Source of the DNA: Acutalibacteraceae bacterium
Lineage (GTDB): Bacteria > Bacillota > Clostridia > Oscillospirales > Acutalibacteraceae
Reading direction: 5' to 3'
Assembly: GCA_045605525.1 (NCBI GenBank)
Contig: JAZUQC010000058.1
Location: forward strand, 16,823-80,822
Length of the DNA stretch: 64,000 nt
The notes under the pieces are model-generated. The model did not search any database. It was not told the DNA's origin and worked only from the letters and a program-made list of their open reading frames with translations. Position numbers and translations under genes: made by a program. Shown piece after piece: positions 8,505 to 16,715 of this stretch. Numbering within the stretch: position 1 is the first letter of the stretch; every line of letters begins with the position of its first letter.

Positions 8505-10808
8505 ATGAAAAAACTGCTTGTTATTCTGCTCAGCGTTATTTTGTTTTCATTCTGTCTCCTCAGCACACAAGCCGCCGTTTTGCCTGCCGATGCCGTGATC
8601 GTGATCGGTGAAAACGCAAGCGAAACGGACACCTATGCCGCAAGCATGCTGCAGGATTACCTGCGGCAGAGCGGTATTGACCTGCAGATCGTGACCGACA
8701 GCACCGAAAAAGCAGACTTAGAGCTGCTTGTCGGCAACACTTCACGAAGAGAAGCGACTTTCGATGAAACCGCAGACGGTGCGTATCAGATTGAGTTCTT
8801 TGACGGCGGTATTCAGATCACGGGCATCGGTAACCGCGGCACCATTTACGGTGCCTATGCTTTCCTTGAAAAGCAGTGCGGCTTTCATTGGTATGCAGAC
8901 GGTGTGACGGTCATTCCCGATTCTGCAGACATAGATTGGGAACCGAAGATGGTGATGACCGAGCCCTATGGAACAGAACCTCTCGTTTACGAGGATCCCA
9001 ATCTCATCACCTATGTTCCTGCATTCGAATACACCGACACGGACTGGCTGAGTCCGCGTGATGCGCAGTATTCCCTTGCCAACGGCCTCAACGGCGGGCC
9101 CTACAGAACGCTTTCTGCCGAGCAGGGCGGTACGGTGGATTACATTTCCAACTTCTGCCATACCCTTGCCACGCAGTTCTGCGCGGCAGACACCTATTTT
9201 GCAGACCATCCCGAATACTTCGCTTTGCACAACGGTCTTCGTGTCCCGAATCAGCTTTGTCTGTCGAATGAAGACGTTGTGGAAATCGTAAAGAATGAAG
9301 TGTTCGGCATTCTCAATGAAAAGCACGATGCCTCGGCTGCCGTGCAGATCATTTCCCTGACCCAGCACGATAATCAGCAGTACTGCCAGTGTAAAAACTG
9401 CAAGGCAATTGACGATGCAAACGGTTCTCCGTCGGGCTCGATGATCACCTTTGTCAACAAAATTGCCGCCGCCGTCAAGCAGGCAGGCTATGACAATATC
9501 GCCATCGACACCTTCGCTTATCAGTACACCCGCAAAGCTCCCACGCAGGTCAAGCCTCTCGACAATGTCATTGTGCGCCTTTGCACCATCGAATGCTGCT
9601 TCTCGCATCCGCTGAACGATGAAACCTGCGAACAGAATGCCGCACTCAAGGCGGACCTTGAAAACTGGAACAAAATCTGCGACCGCATTTATGTGTGGGA
9701 TTATGCCACAAACTATGCCTACACCCTCGGCATTTTCCCCGATTTCGGTGTTCTGCAGAGCAATATGCAGTTCTTCCGTGACCACGGGGTCAAAGGTGTT
9801 TACGAGGAAGGCAACTACTATATGGGTGCCTGCAACACCGAATTCGGTGACCTGCGTGCGTATCTGCTTGCAAAGCTGCTGCAGGATCCCGACTGCAACA
9901 TAGCAGCCGAAGCCGAGGGCTTCCTGAATGCCTATTACGGTGAGGGCGGTAAGGCCATCGGCAGATTTTTGCAGCTGATCACCGAAAACAGTGCCAAAAC
10001 GCACCACGGCATTTATGTAAAAATGACCGAAACCCTGTCCCTGACAAAAGAAGAAATTGCAACCTGCGACAGCTTCTGGTCAGAAGCCAAAGCCGTAACA
10101 GCGGACGATACGGCTGCCCTTGCACGCATTGAACGCAGTGAGCTTTGCTGGCGGTTCTGGAAGGCCTGCAACAAGGAAAGCGAATTTGCGAGACTCGGTG
10201 CATTCAAAGAAAACCGACAGCTGTATCTTGACATTCGTGATCTCGGCACAACGCAGTATTGCGAGGGCTCAAATGTGTTTGCGGACTACAACAAGATGGT
10301 CACATACACCAACCCGGACGGCTGGAACAGAGCCTCCTCAGCCACGACGGCTAACCTGATCGCAATCGCCATGTATACTGCGGTTGTGCTGATGGCACTG
10401 GTTATTTTCATAACAGCAATCAAAACCAAAAAATATATGTATGTTGTGCATCTTCCGCTGTTGGCAGGCTTTATTGAAGTGGTGCTGTGGAACCGCAGAG
10501 CCTATCTTGCATGGAAGGATCTCGGCCAGCTTGCCCTTACGGTCATCCTCTTTGCCGCGGCATTTGCCGTTGTTGCAGCCGCCGCTTCCCTTGCAGCAAA
10601 CAAAAAGAAGAAGATCGCAGCCATTGCAGGCATTGTCGGCGGTATTTCATTCCCCGTTGTATACTTTGCATCGTCCTACATTGTCAATATAGTAATTTAC
10701 AAAGAACTGGGCAATCAACAGGCCATTGCGGTTGCCATTATTGCTTACAGTGTATTGCTTCTTATCATGCTTGCAATCACCGAACTGCGCCTGAAAAAGG
10801 CAAAATAA
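8505..10808 (+). CDS. Secreted/membrane-anchored glycoside-hydrolase-like protein (resembles the DUF4838 family, recalled from memory)
   Basis: Signal peptide MKKLLVILLSVILFSFCLLSTQA. The N-terminal GENASETDTYAASMLQDYLRQSGIDLQIV layout recalls DUF4838/GH20-like proteins. The last ~150 aa form about 4 hydrophobic helices. Confidence 0.6.
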   Translation: MKKLLVILLSVILFSFCLLSTQAAVLPADAVIVIGENASETDTYAASMLQDYLRQSGIDLQIVTDSTEKADLELLVGNTSRREATFDETADGAYQIEFFDGGIQITGIGNRGTIYGAYAFLEKQCGFHWYADGVTVIPDSADIDWEPKMVMTEPYGTEPLVYEDPNLITYVPAFEYTDTDWLSPRDAQYSLANGLNGGPYRTLSAEQGGTVDYISNFCHTLATQFCAADTYFADHPEYFALHNGLRVPNQLCLSNEDVVEIVKNEVFGILNEKHDASAAVQIISLTQHDNQQYCQCKNCKAIDDANGSPSGSMITFVNKIAAAVKQAGYDNIAIDTFAYQYTRKAPTQVKPLDNVIVRLCTIECCFSHPLNDETCEQNAALKADLENWNKICDRIYVWDYATNYAYTLGIFPDFGVLQSNMQFFRDHGVKGVYEEGNYYMGACNTEFGDLRAYLLAKLLQDPDCNIAAEAEGFLNAYYGEGGKAIGRFLQLITENSAKTHHGIYVKMTETLSLTKEEIATCDSFWSEAKAVTADDTAALARIERSELCWRFWKACNKESEFARLGAFKENRQLYLDIRDLGTTQYCEGSNVFADYNKMVTYTNPDGWNRASSATTANLIAIAMYTAVVLMALVIFITAIKTKKYMYVVHLPLLAGFIEVVLWNRRAYLAWKDLGQLALTVILFAAAFAVVAAAASLAANKKKKIAAIAGIVGGISFPVVYFASSYIVNIVIYKELGNQQAIAVAIIAYSVLLLIMLAITELRLKKAK

Positions 10809-10845
10809 AAATCAAAATCAAAACCAAAGAAAGGAGGCCCGGCTT

Positions 10846-12036
10846 ATGGCTTTGCTTTGCACACTTTTGTTTGTTGCTTTTCCGTCTGTCATCATTTTTG
10901 CAAGCACAAAAATCAAGCTGCTTGAAAAAATCGGCGTTGTGCTGTTGTGCTATTTGTGCGGCATGATAATCGGCAATCTCGGCATTCTGCCCGAAAGCTT
11001 CACGTTACCCGCAGCAGGGGGCGGTGACAGCGTTCTGAGCTTACTGCAAAGCATTACCATCTGTCTCGGACTTCCGCTGGTTCTGTTTTCGCTTGACATC
11101 AAAAAATTCTTCAAGGTTGCAAAAAAAGGCATGCTGTGTATGCTGCTCGCCTGTGTCAGTGCGGTTGCGGTCACGCTTGTGCTGCATCTCATTTTCCGCA
11201 CCTCGACCGAAAACAGTGCGCAATATGCGGCCGGTGCGGTTGCCGTTTACACGGGCGGCACGGTGAATTTCGGTGCCATCCGCAATTCCATCGGCATTTC
11301 GCATAACGATTACATTGTTTTCAACACCTATGATTCCGTCGTTTCGGTGGTCTACATTTTCTTCATGTCCACCGTGGCAAGAAAGTTTTTCACCAAAGTG
11401 ATGCACCTGCCTGCCTACAAAGAAAGCGAAATTTCCACCGACAGCCTCGACAGCTCCGTCGTCGACGAATCGGTGCATACCTACAGGCAGCTGCTCAACA
11501 AAAAATACCTCCCCGGGCTGCTCGGGGCTTTGGGGCTTTCTGCACTGATTTTCGGTGTATCCTATGCACTGAATCTGATTGTTTCGCGTTTTGACCCGTC
11601 GCTCGGCATGACGGTGATGATGCTTTCCATCACCACCCTCGGCATTGCCTTTTCCTTTGTGCCGAAGATCCGCAGAATTGCCAAAAGCTTTCAGCTCGGC
11701 ATGTATATCATTTATATTTTCTGTTTTTCCGTGGCGGCAAGTGCGGATTTCAGAAGTCTTCTCGATTTCAGTCTGCCCATTTTCTGCTATGTGTTCGTCA
11801 CCATCACGGCAGGTCTTTTCCTGCATGCACTGCTGTGCAGGCTGTTTAAAATCGACACCGACACCTTCATCATCACTTCCGTTTCCGCCATCTGCTCACC
11901 GCCGTTTGTGCCTGCGGTTGCGGCAGCCCTGGGCAACAAGGCCATGCTCATTTCGGGGCTTGCAACGGGGGTTGTAGGGTATGCGGTCGGAAACTACTTA
12001 GGCAATGCAGTCTATTGGCTGTTCAATCTGATTTAA
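10846..12036 (+). CDS. Polytopic membrane protein (DUF819/YjcL-like, recalled from memory)
   Basis: AGGAGG RBS 9 nt upstream. 396 aa with about 10-12 hydrophobic segments. It lies 37 nt after the upstream gene and 15 nt before the next one. Confidence 0.6.
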   Translation: MALLCTLLFVAFPSVIIFASTKIKLLEKIGVVLLCYLCGMIIGNLGILPESFTLPAAGGGDSVLSLLQSITICLGLPLVLFSLDIKKFFKVAKKGMLCMLLACVSAVAVTLVLHLIFRTSTENSAQYAAGAVAVYTGGTVNFGAIRNSIGISHNDYIVFNTYDSVVSVVYIFFMSTVARKFFTKVMHLPAYKESEISTDSLDSSVVDESVHTYRQLLNKKYLPGLLGALGLSALIFGVSYALNLIVSRFDPSLGMTVMMLSITTLGIAFSFVPKIRRIAKSFQLGMYIIYIFCFSVAASADFRSLLDFSLPIFCYVFVTITAGLFLHALLCRLFKIDTDTFIITSVSAICSPPFVPAVAAALGNKAMLISGLATGVVGYAVGNYLGNAVYWLFNLI

Positions 12037-12051
12037 CAGGGAGGACGGACG

Positions 12052-13581
12052 ATGAAAATCCCCGAATACGGCAGATCGTATGATGAAATCCTCAACGAGC
12101 TTGACCTCTTGGCCGCAGACGATCCCGCTTACAAAGAAAGCAAAGCCTGGAGCCTTGTGTATTACAAGGACGAGGATTATACCCATTTTCTGGCACAGGC
12201 TTATGAAAAATATTTTTCCGCCAACGGACTCAACCCCACCGCATTCAAAAGCCTCAAACGCTTTGAAAACGATATCGTTGCCTTCACTGCTGAATTACTT
12301 CATGCGGATGAAAAGAGTGCGGGCTGTGTCACAAGTTGCGGCACGGAAAGCTGCATGCTTGCCGTGAAGACCTACCGCGATTGGGGAAAGGCCGTCAAGG
12401 GCATCCGCAGCCCCGAGATCATTGTTGCCGAAACGGCACACGTGGCATGGTACAAGGGTGCCGAATACTTCGGTGTGAAGGTGCACACCGTTCCCGTCGG
12501 CAAGGACTGGAAAATCGACATCAACGCGGTAAAACGGAAGATCAACCGCAACACCGTGATGCTTTTAGGCTCTGCACCCGAATATCCGCACGGAATGATC
12601 GACGATATCACGGCCCTCGGTCAGCTCGGCAAAAAGCACAACATCCCCGTGCATGTCGATGCCTGCGTGGGCGGTTATCTGCTGCCGTTCATGGTGATGG
12701 CAGGGGCAGAATTGCCGCCGTTCGATTTTGCCGTGGACGGTGTTACGTCCATGTCGGCGGACATTCACAAATACGGCTTTGCGGCAAAGGGCTGCAGCTG
12801 TATTCTTTATAAAAATCTTGACTTTTTCAAATATCAGTGCTTCGTGCATCCCGACTGGCCGGGCGGACTGTTTGCCTCGCCTGCATTTCTCGGCACAAGA
12901 CCCGGCGGTGCGTATGCTGCGGCATGGGCAGCCATGCAGGCAAACGGCAGGCAGGGATACATTGAAATGGCAAAGCAGACCATGGAAAACGCACAGCGAT
13001 TCCGCGAGGGCATCCAAAGCTTTGCGGAGCTCGAACTCATCGGAGACCCGCAGTGCTCACTGATCGCCTACCGTTCCAAAGACCCTTACAATGTCAACAT
13101 TTTTGCCGTCGGTGACATCATGCAGGAAAAAGGCTGGCACATCGACCGCCTGCTTCACCCCGACGGCTTGCATGCCATGGTCACCCCCTCGCACGCACAG
13201 GTGCTTAACCAATATTTTGCGGACCTGCGTGAAGCGGTGGATGCGGTCAAAGGCAAGCCCGGGCTTGCGCTCAAGGGCGAAGCCGCAACCTACTCCACGG
13301 TGGGGCACATTCCGCTGAAAAAAATGGTGCACAAATCGGTGCTTGATATTTTCTCGCAGTCCTACGAAGTTTCAAAGGGTCTCATTGACCTGTCGGATTC
13401 CTCGCAGGTCACAGGCGGCGGCACAATGGATAAAATTGTCAATAAACTGGTTATGAAAGATATAAAATCCCCCGGTTTTGCAAAAAAGCTGGTAACGGGG
13501 GCAAAAGTTGCGGGCAGTGTCGGCTTGTCGCTTGCCGCAACAGGCATTACAAATGCGGTTATTAAAAAAATAAAAAAATAA
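12052..13581 (+). CDS. PLP-dependent enzyme of the sphingosine-1-phosphate lyase / group II decarboxylase family
   Basis: GGGAGGA RBS. GTESCMLAVKTYRDWG and VTSMSADIHKYGFAAKGCSCILYKNLDFFKYQCFVHPDWPGGLFASPAFLGTRPGG are collinear with the PLP-lysine region of S1P lyases as I recall it (S.SAD.HKYG.APKG.S..LY). The C-terminal tail GFAKKLVTGAKVAGSVGLSLAATGITNAVIKKIKK is hydrophobic/amphipathic. Confidence 0.8.
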   Translation: MKIPEYGRSYDEILNELDLLAADDPAYKESKAWSLVYYKDEDYTHFLAQAYEKYFSANGLNPTAFKSLKRFENDIVAFTAELLHADEKSAGCVTSCGTESCMLAVKTYRDWGKAVKGIRSPEIIVAETAHVAWYKGAEYFGVKVHTVPVGKDWKIDINAVKRKINRNTVMLLGSAPEYPHGMIDDITALGQLGKKHNIPVHVDACVGGYLLPFMVMAGAELPPFDFAVDGVTSMSADIHKYGFAAKGCSCILYKNLDFFKYQCFVHPDWPGGLFASPAFLGTRPGGAYAAAWAAMQANGRQGYIEMAKQTMENAQRFREGIQSFAELELIGDPQCSLIAYRSKDPYNVNIFAVGDIMQEKGWHIDRLLHPDGLHAMVTPSHAQVLNQYFADLREAVDAVKGKPGLALKGEAATYSTVGHIPLKKMVHKSVLDIFSQSYEVSKGLIDLSDSSQVTGGGTMDKIVNKLVMKDIKSPGFAKKLVTGAKVAGSVGLSLAATGITNAVIKKIKK

Positions 13582-13596
13582 CAGGAGGAAATCACC

Positions 13597-15096
13597 ATGG
13601 GCGAATCGGTTCTGTTTGTTTTTCTTTGCGTCATTGCCATGGCATACGGCTGGGGTATGCGGGGAAGCATTCTCGGCGGTGAAAAGGGTGCTATGTTGCC
13701 GGGTGCGTTTGTCGGCTTACTGATTGCACGCTTTTCGGGCATTCCCGCCTTGCAGGAAAACTGGTTTTTCCTGACAACGGCAGGTGCATGCGGATTTTAT
13801 CTCGGCGGTTGCCAGACCTACGGAGAAACACTGGGGCTGACATTCGGCGGCTTCGGCACACCGGGTTTCAACAAAGGGATTGCGGGTGTTTTCATCAAAG
13901 GCTTCACATGGTTTTCCGTGGCTGCTGAAATGCTCGGCATCTGCATCGTTTCGGGCGGCGGCGAGCACTATTCCGCAGGTGATGTAATTTTCACCTATCT
14001 TGCAACCATCCCCGCTTATATTTTAGGCAGGGCACTTTTAAACCGTCCGCACAGACCCGCTGACAATGTGTTTCCGAAATTATATTTCTCCAAAACCCGT
14101 CCCGAATGGTGGGGCGGCACGCTGTTTGTGTTCCTCACATTTTTCATTCTCACCCTTGTGCGCGGTGATTGGTTTACGGCAATTTATGCCCCCATGGTCG
14201 GTCTTGTTGCGGGCTTTGGCTGGGTTATTGCACAAATCATGCATGTTTACACCCATCCGAACATGAAACTGAAAAACGGAAAATATCTGCTCGGCAAACT
14301 GCAGGAAAAACACTTCATCGACTCATGGAAGTTCATGGAATGCCTCATCGGCGGGTTCGGCGGACTTGCCATGTCGGCAGGCTTTTTGTTGCTCAAAGGC
14401 TTCTTGCCTTACACAGCGGAATCGACCGTCTATTCCGTGCCGTTTGCGGAATATGATGTGCCCATGAGCGTGGTGTGGACGGTGCTGTTCCTCATCAATG
14501 CCCTGCACATCATTGTGGAACCCATTCCGAAAAAGAAAAGGATAGACGAACTGTATTCTTTGGATCAGCTCACAAAAGAAGAATTTGACACCGCAACCGC
14601 AAAACTTGCCACACCCCCGTTCTTGATGAAATACAGACCCACCTTTGTGGATATTTTTGAGGGAGTCGACTTCATTCTGCTCGGCTTTTTGCCGCCGCTT
14701 CTGGGTATGCTCGGCTCGGCACAAACCGCAAGACTGTGTGCCGTGTTCGTGCTGTTCTGGGTGCTGACGGACGAAATCTGCTTTGAGCAGGTCATTTACC
14801 GCAAATCGAAATACATTTTCCGAATCTGCATGCTCGCCGTCAGTGTATTGCTTCTGCTCGGCATACATCTGAAACCCGACTTTTTCAGTGCGGGTGTTAC
14901 GCTTCTGTTATATGCGGTCAGTTATGAATTATTGCAATTTTTGTGGCAACAGCGTCCCGCCATCATCAAAATAAGAAAAGAAAAAACAGGCTCTCTCAAG
15001 GGTGCAATTCTGTCTTTCGGCGGTCAGCTGACCATGCAGGCATTTTTTGTGCCGACCTGCATTATTCTCGACATCGTTGCACTGACGATCATCTGA
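13597..15096 (+). CDS. Polytopic membrane protein of unknown function
   Basis: AGGAGG RBS. 499 aa with many hydrophobic helices. I recognise no family motif. Confidence 0.7.
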   Translation: MGESVLFVFLCVIAMAYGWGMRGSILGGEKGAMLPGAFVGLLIARFSGIPALQENWFFLTTAGACGFYLGGCQTYGETLGLTFGGFGTPGFNKGIAGVFIKGFTWFSVAAEMLGICIVSGGGEHYSAGDVIFTYLATIPAYILGRALLNRPHRPADNVFPKLYFSKTRPEWWGGTLFVFLTFFILTLVRGDWFTAIYAPMVGLVAGFGWVIAQIMHVYTHPNMKLKNGKYLLGKLQEKHFIDSWKFMECLIGGFGGLAMSAGFLLLKGFLPYTAESTVYSVPFAEYDVPMSVVWTVLFLINALHIIVEPIPKKKRIDELYSLDQLTKEEFDTATAKLATPPFLMKYRPTFVDIFEGVDFILLGFLPPLLGMLGSAQTARLCAVFVLFWVLTDEICFEQVIYRKSKYIFRICMLAVSVLLLLGIHLKPDFFSAGVTLLLYAVSYELLQFLWQQRPAIIKIRKEKTGSLKGAILSFGGQLTMQAFFVPTCIILDIVALTII

Positions 15097-15097
15097 C

Positions 15098-15757
15098 ATG
15101 GCAAACATTTTAATGCTCAACAAACCCCGCGGGCTGATCACTGCCTGTCGGGATGATAAAAACCCAACCGTCATGGAGTGCCTGCCCGCACAATACAAGC
15201 ATCTTCGTCCTGTGGGCAGGCTTGATAAAGAAACGGAAGGGTTGCTGCTTTTTACCGATGACGGAAAGTTCACCCAAACCCTGCTTGACCCTGCATCGGG
15301 GATTGCAAAGACCTATGCCTTTTTATGCTTCGGGCACCTGACCGAAGACGGCATAAACGAATTGCAAAACGGCACTTGTCTTTATGCAAACAACCGCCCC
15401 GCCAAACCCTGTGAAGTCATTCTGCAACGGTATCTGACGGTAGCGGATGTCGGTGATTACATCAGTGAACGCAGACGGGATCACCACCTGAACAACCCCA
15501 CGGGTAATGCTTCGCAAGGTATTATCCGCATCACAGAAGGGAAAAAGCACGAAGTCAGGCTCTTGCTTCGCACGGTACACTGTGCGGTGCTGTATTTAAA
15601 GCGACTGGCCATCGGCAATTTATTACTCGATGACACCCTTGCCCCCGGTGAAAGCCGTCTGCTGACACAAGCGGAAACACAGCAATTGTTGCAACCCGCA
15701 CCGACATTGACACAAGACATTTATAAACATCTTCTTCCCTCTATCAATCTTCCCTGA
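15098..15757 (+). CDS. Pseudouridine synthase, RsuA/RluB/E/F family (no S4 domain)
   Basis: VGRLDKETEGLLLFTDDGKF is the catalytic-Asp motif of this family. The ATG lies 1 nt after the upstream stop. Confidence 0.8.
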   Translation: MANILMLNKPRGLITACRDDKNPTVMECLPAQYKHLRPVGRLDKETEGLLLFTDDGKFTQTLLDPASGIAKTYAFLCFGHLTEDGINELQNGTCLYANNRPAKPCEVILQRYLTVADVGDYISERRRDHHLNNPTGNASQGIIRITEGKKHEVRLLLRTVHCAVLYLKRLAIGNLLLDDTLAPGESRLLTQAETQQLLQPAPTLTQDIYKHLLPSINLP

Positions 15758-15771
15758 AAGGACTTTTTTGT

Positions 15772-16140
15772 ATGGAATTCACCCAGGACTGGATCATGCG
15801 GCAGGTACAGATGCTAGCCCAGATGCTTGCCAAAATTTTATTCGGCAAAGACACCACCGATTATATTATTGAAGACGAAGACGACCTGAACGGCACGGAT
15901 CTTTTATACAAAGCACTGTGTGCAAAACTCGACAAAGGCGATATCTGCGGTGCGGAAGACATTCTGTTTGAAGCACTCGAAAACGGCGGCAAGGAAAATT
16001 TAGAAGTTGCCATCGACTTCTATGCCCGTCTTAATAAAATGAGCGACGCCGAATTGGAAAACGCAAACTTCAGCCGCGAGGAAGTGGAAGAAGGACTCAA
16101 AAACGCCACCGCTATGTTCGGGTTGGAAGGAATACTGTGA
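15772..16140 (+). CDS. Small acidic helical hypothetical protein
   Basis: 122 aa ORF 14 nt after the upstream gene, with a weak AAAGGA RBS. It has a coding-like composition but I recognise no motif. Confidence 0.55.
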   Translation: MEFTQDWIMRQVQMLAQMLAKILFGKDTTDYIIEDEDDLNGTDLLYKALCAKLDKGDICGAEDILFEALENGGKENLEVAIDFYARLNKMSDAELENANFSREEVEEGLKNATAMFGLEGIL

Positions 16141-16145
16141 CAGAT

Positions 16146-16663
16146 AAATTACGGTTTATCGGGAAGTAGAAAGTTGGTCGCTCGTCAGTCACATTAAAAG
16201 TTTTGGTCAAGCTTTTTCAAAAGCTTGTGGGTTCAAAGGGCAACGCCCTTGCCGCTCGTCGCAACGAGCGGAATTCCTTATGCTTCAAAAAGCGCAGGAA
16301 AGTTGTTAAGAAAACCCTCGCCGGGGGTTTTCTTAAGTGCGAAGCACTAAACGAACTAACGGAACTTTTATGGTAAATTGATAAACGAACATTACAAATT
16401 TAATTTATTTATTATTTTATAATTAAGTTAACTGTGTTTAATGTTGTGCTGTCGCACAATAGAGAACCCCCGGCGAGGGTTCTCTACGAAAAACAGTCCA
16501 CCGGACTGTTTTTCTACTCTCCTGCGCTATTGGGCGGAATGGGGATATCGCCCGTTGCGACGGGCGACGAAAGGCTCCGCCTCTCGACACCGCAAACTTT
16601 TGAAAAAGTTTGATCAAAACTTTTAACGACTGACGATCAACACACACCGACAAACCGCAATTT
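16146..16663. repeat. Large imperfect palindrome made of hairpin modules, in the same terminal-motif family as 8157-8464
   Basis: The arms are 16146-16348 and 16445-16663, in inverted orientation around an AT-rich spacer. Both start AAATT(A/G)CGGTTT(A/G)TCGG...GTCAGTC. The module order is shared, with compensatory stem changes detailed in the findings. Confidence 0.85.
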
Positions 16664-16715
16664 ATACAACAAAAAAGGAGCTGAAATCAATCAGCTCCTT
16701 TTACTATTTATATAT

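Noticed and set aside
8207-8632. Short ORFs inside the repeat islands: 8207..8422, 8231..8632, 16438..16653, 16441..16626, 37971..38222, 38067..38255, 38078..38320, 52043..52333, 52118..52435, 52231..52578.
   Set aside because: They run through palindromic hairpin modules, and in one case through tRNA-His. They are open on both strands because of the symmetry, and they lack RBSs. They are better explained as non-coding repeats.
10808-10845. An A-rich tract (AAAATAAAAATCAAAATCAAAACCAAAG) between two genes, considered as a possible regulatory repeat.
   Set aside because: It is short and contains the RBS region of the next gene. I could form no conserved structure by eye, so it is most simply an AT-rich intergenic spacer.
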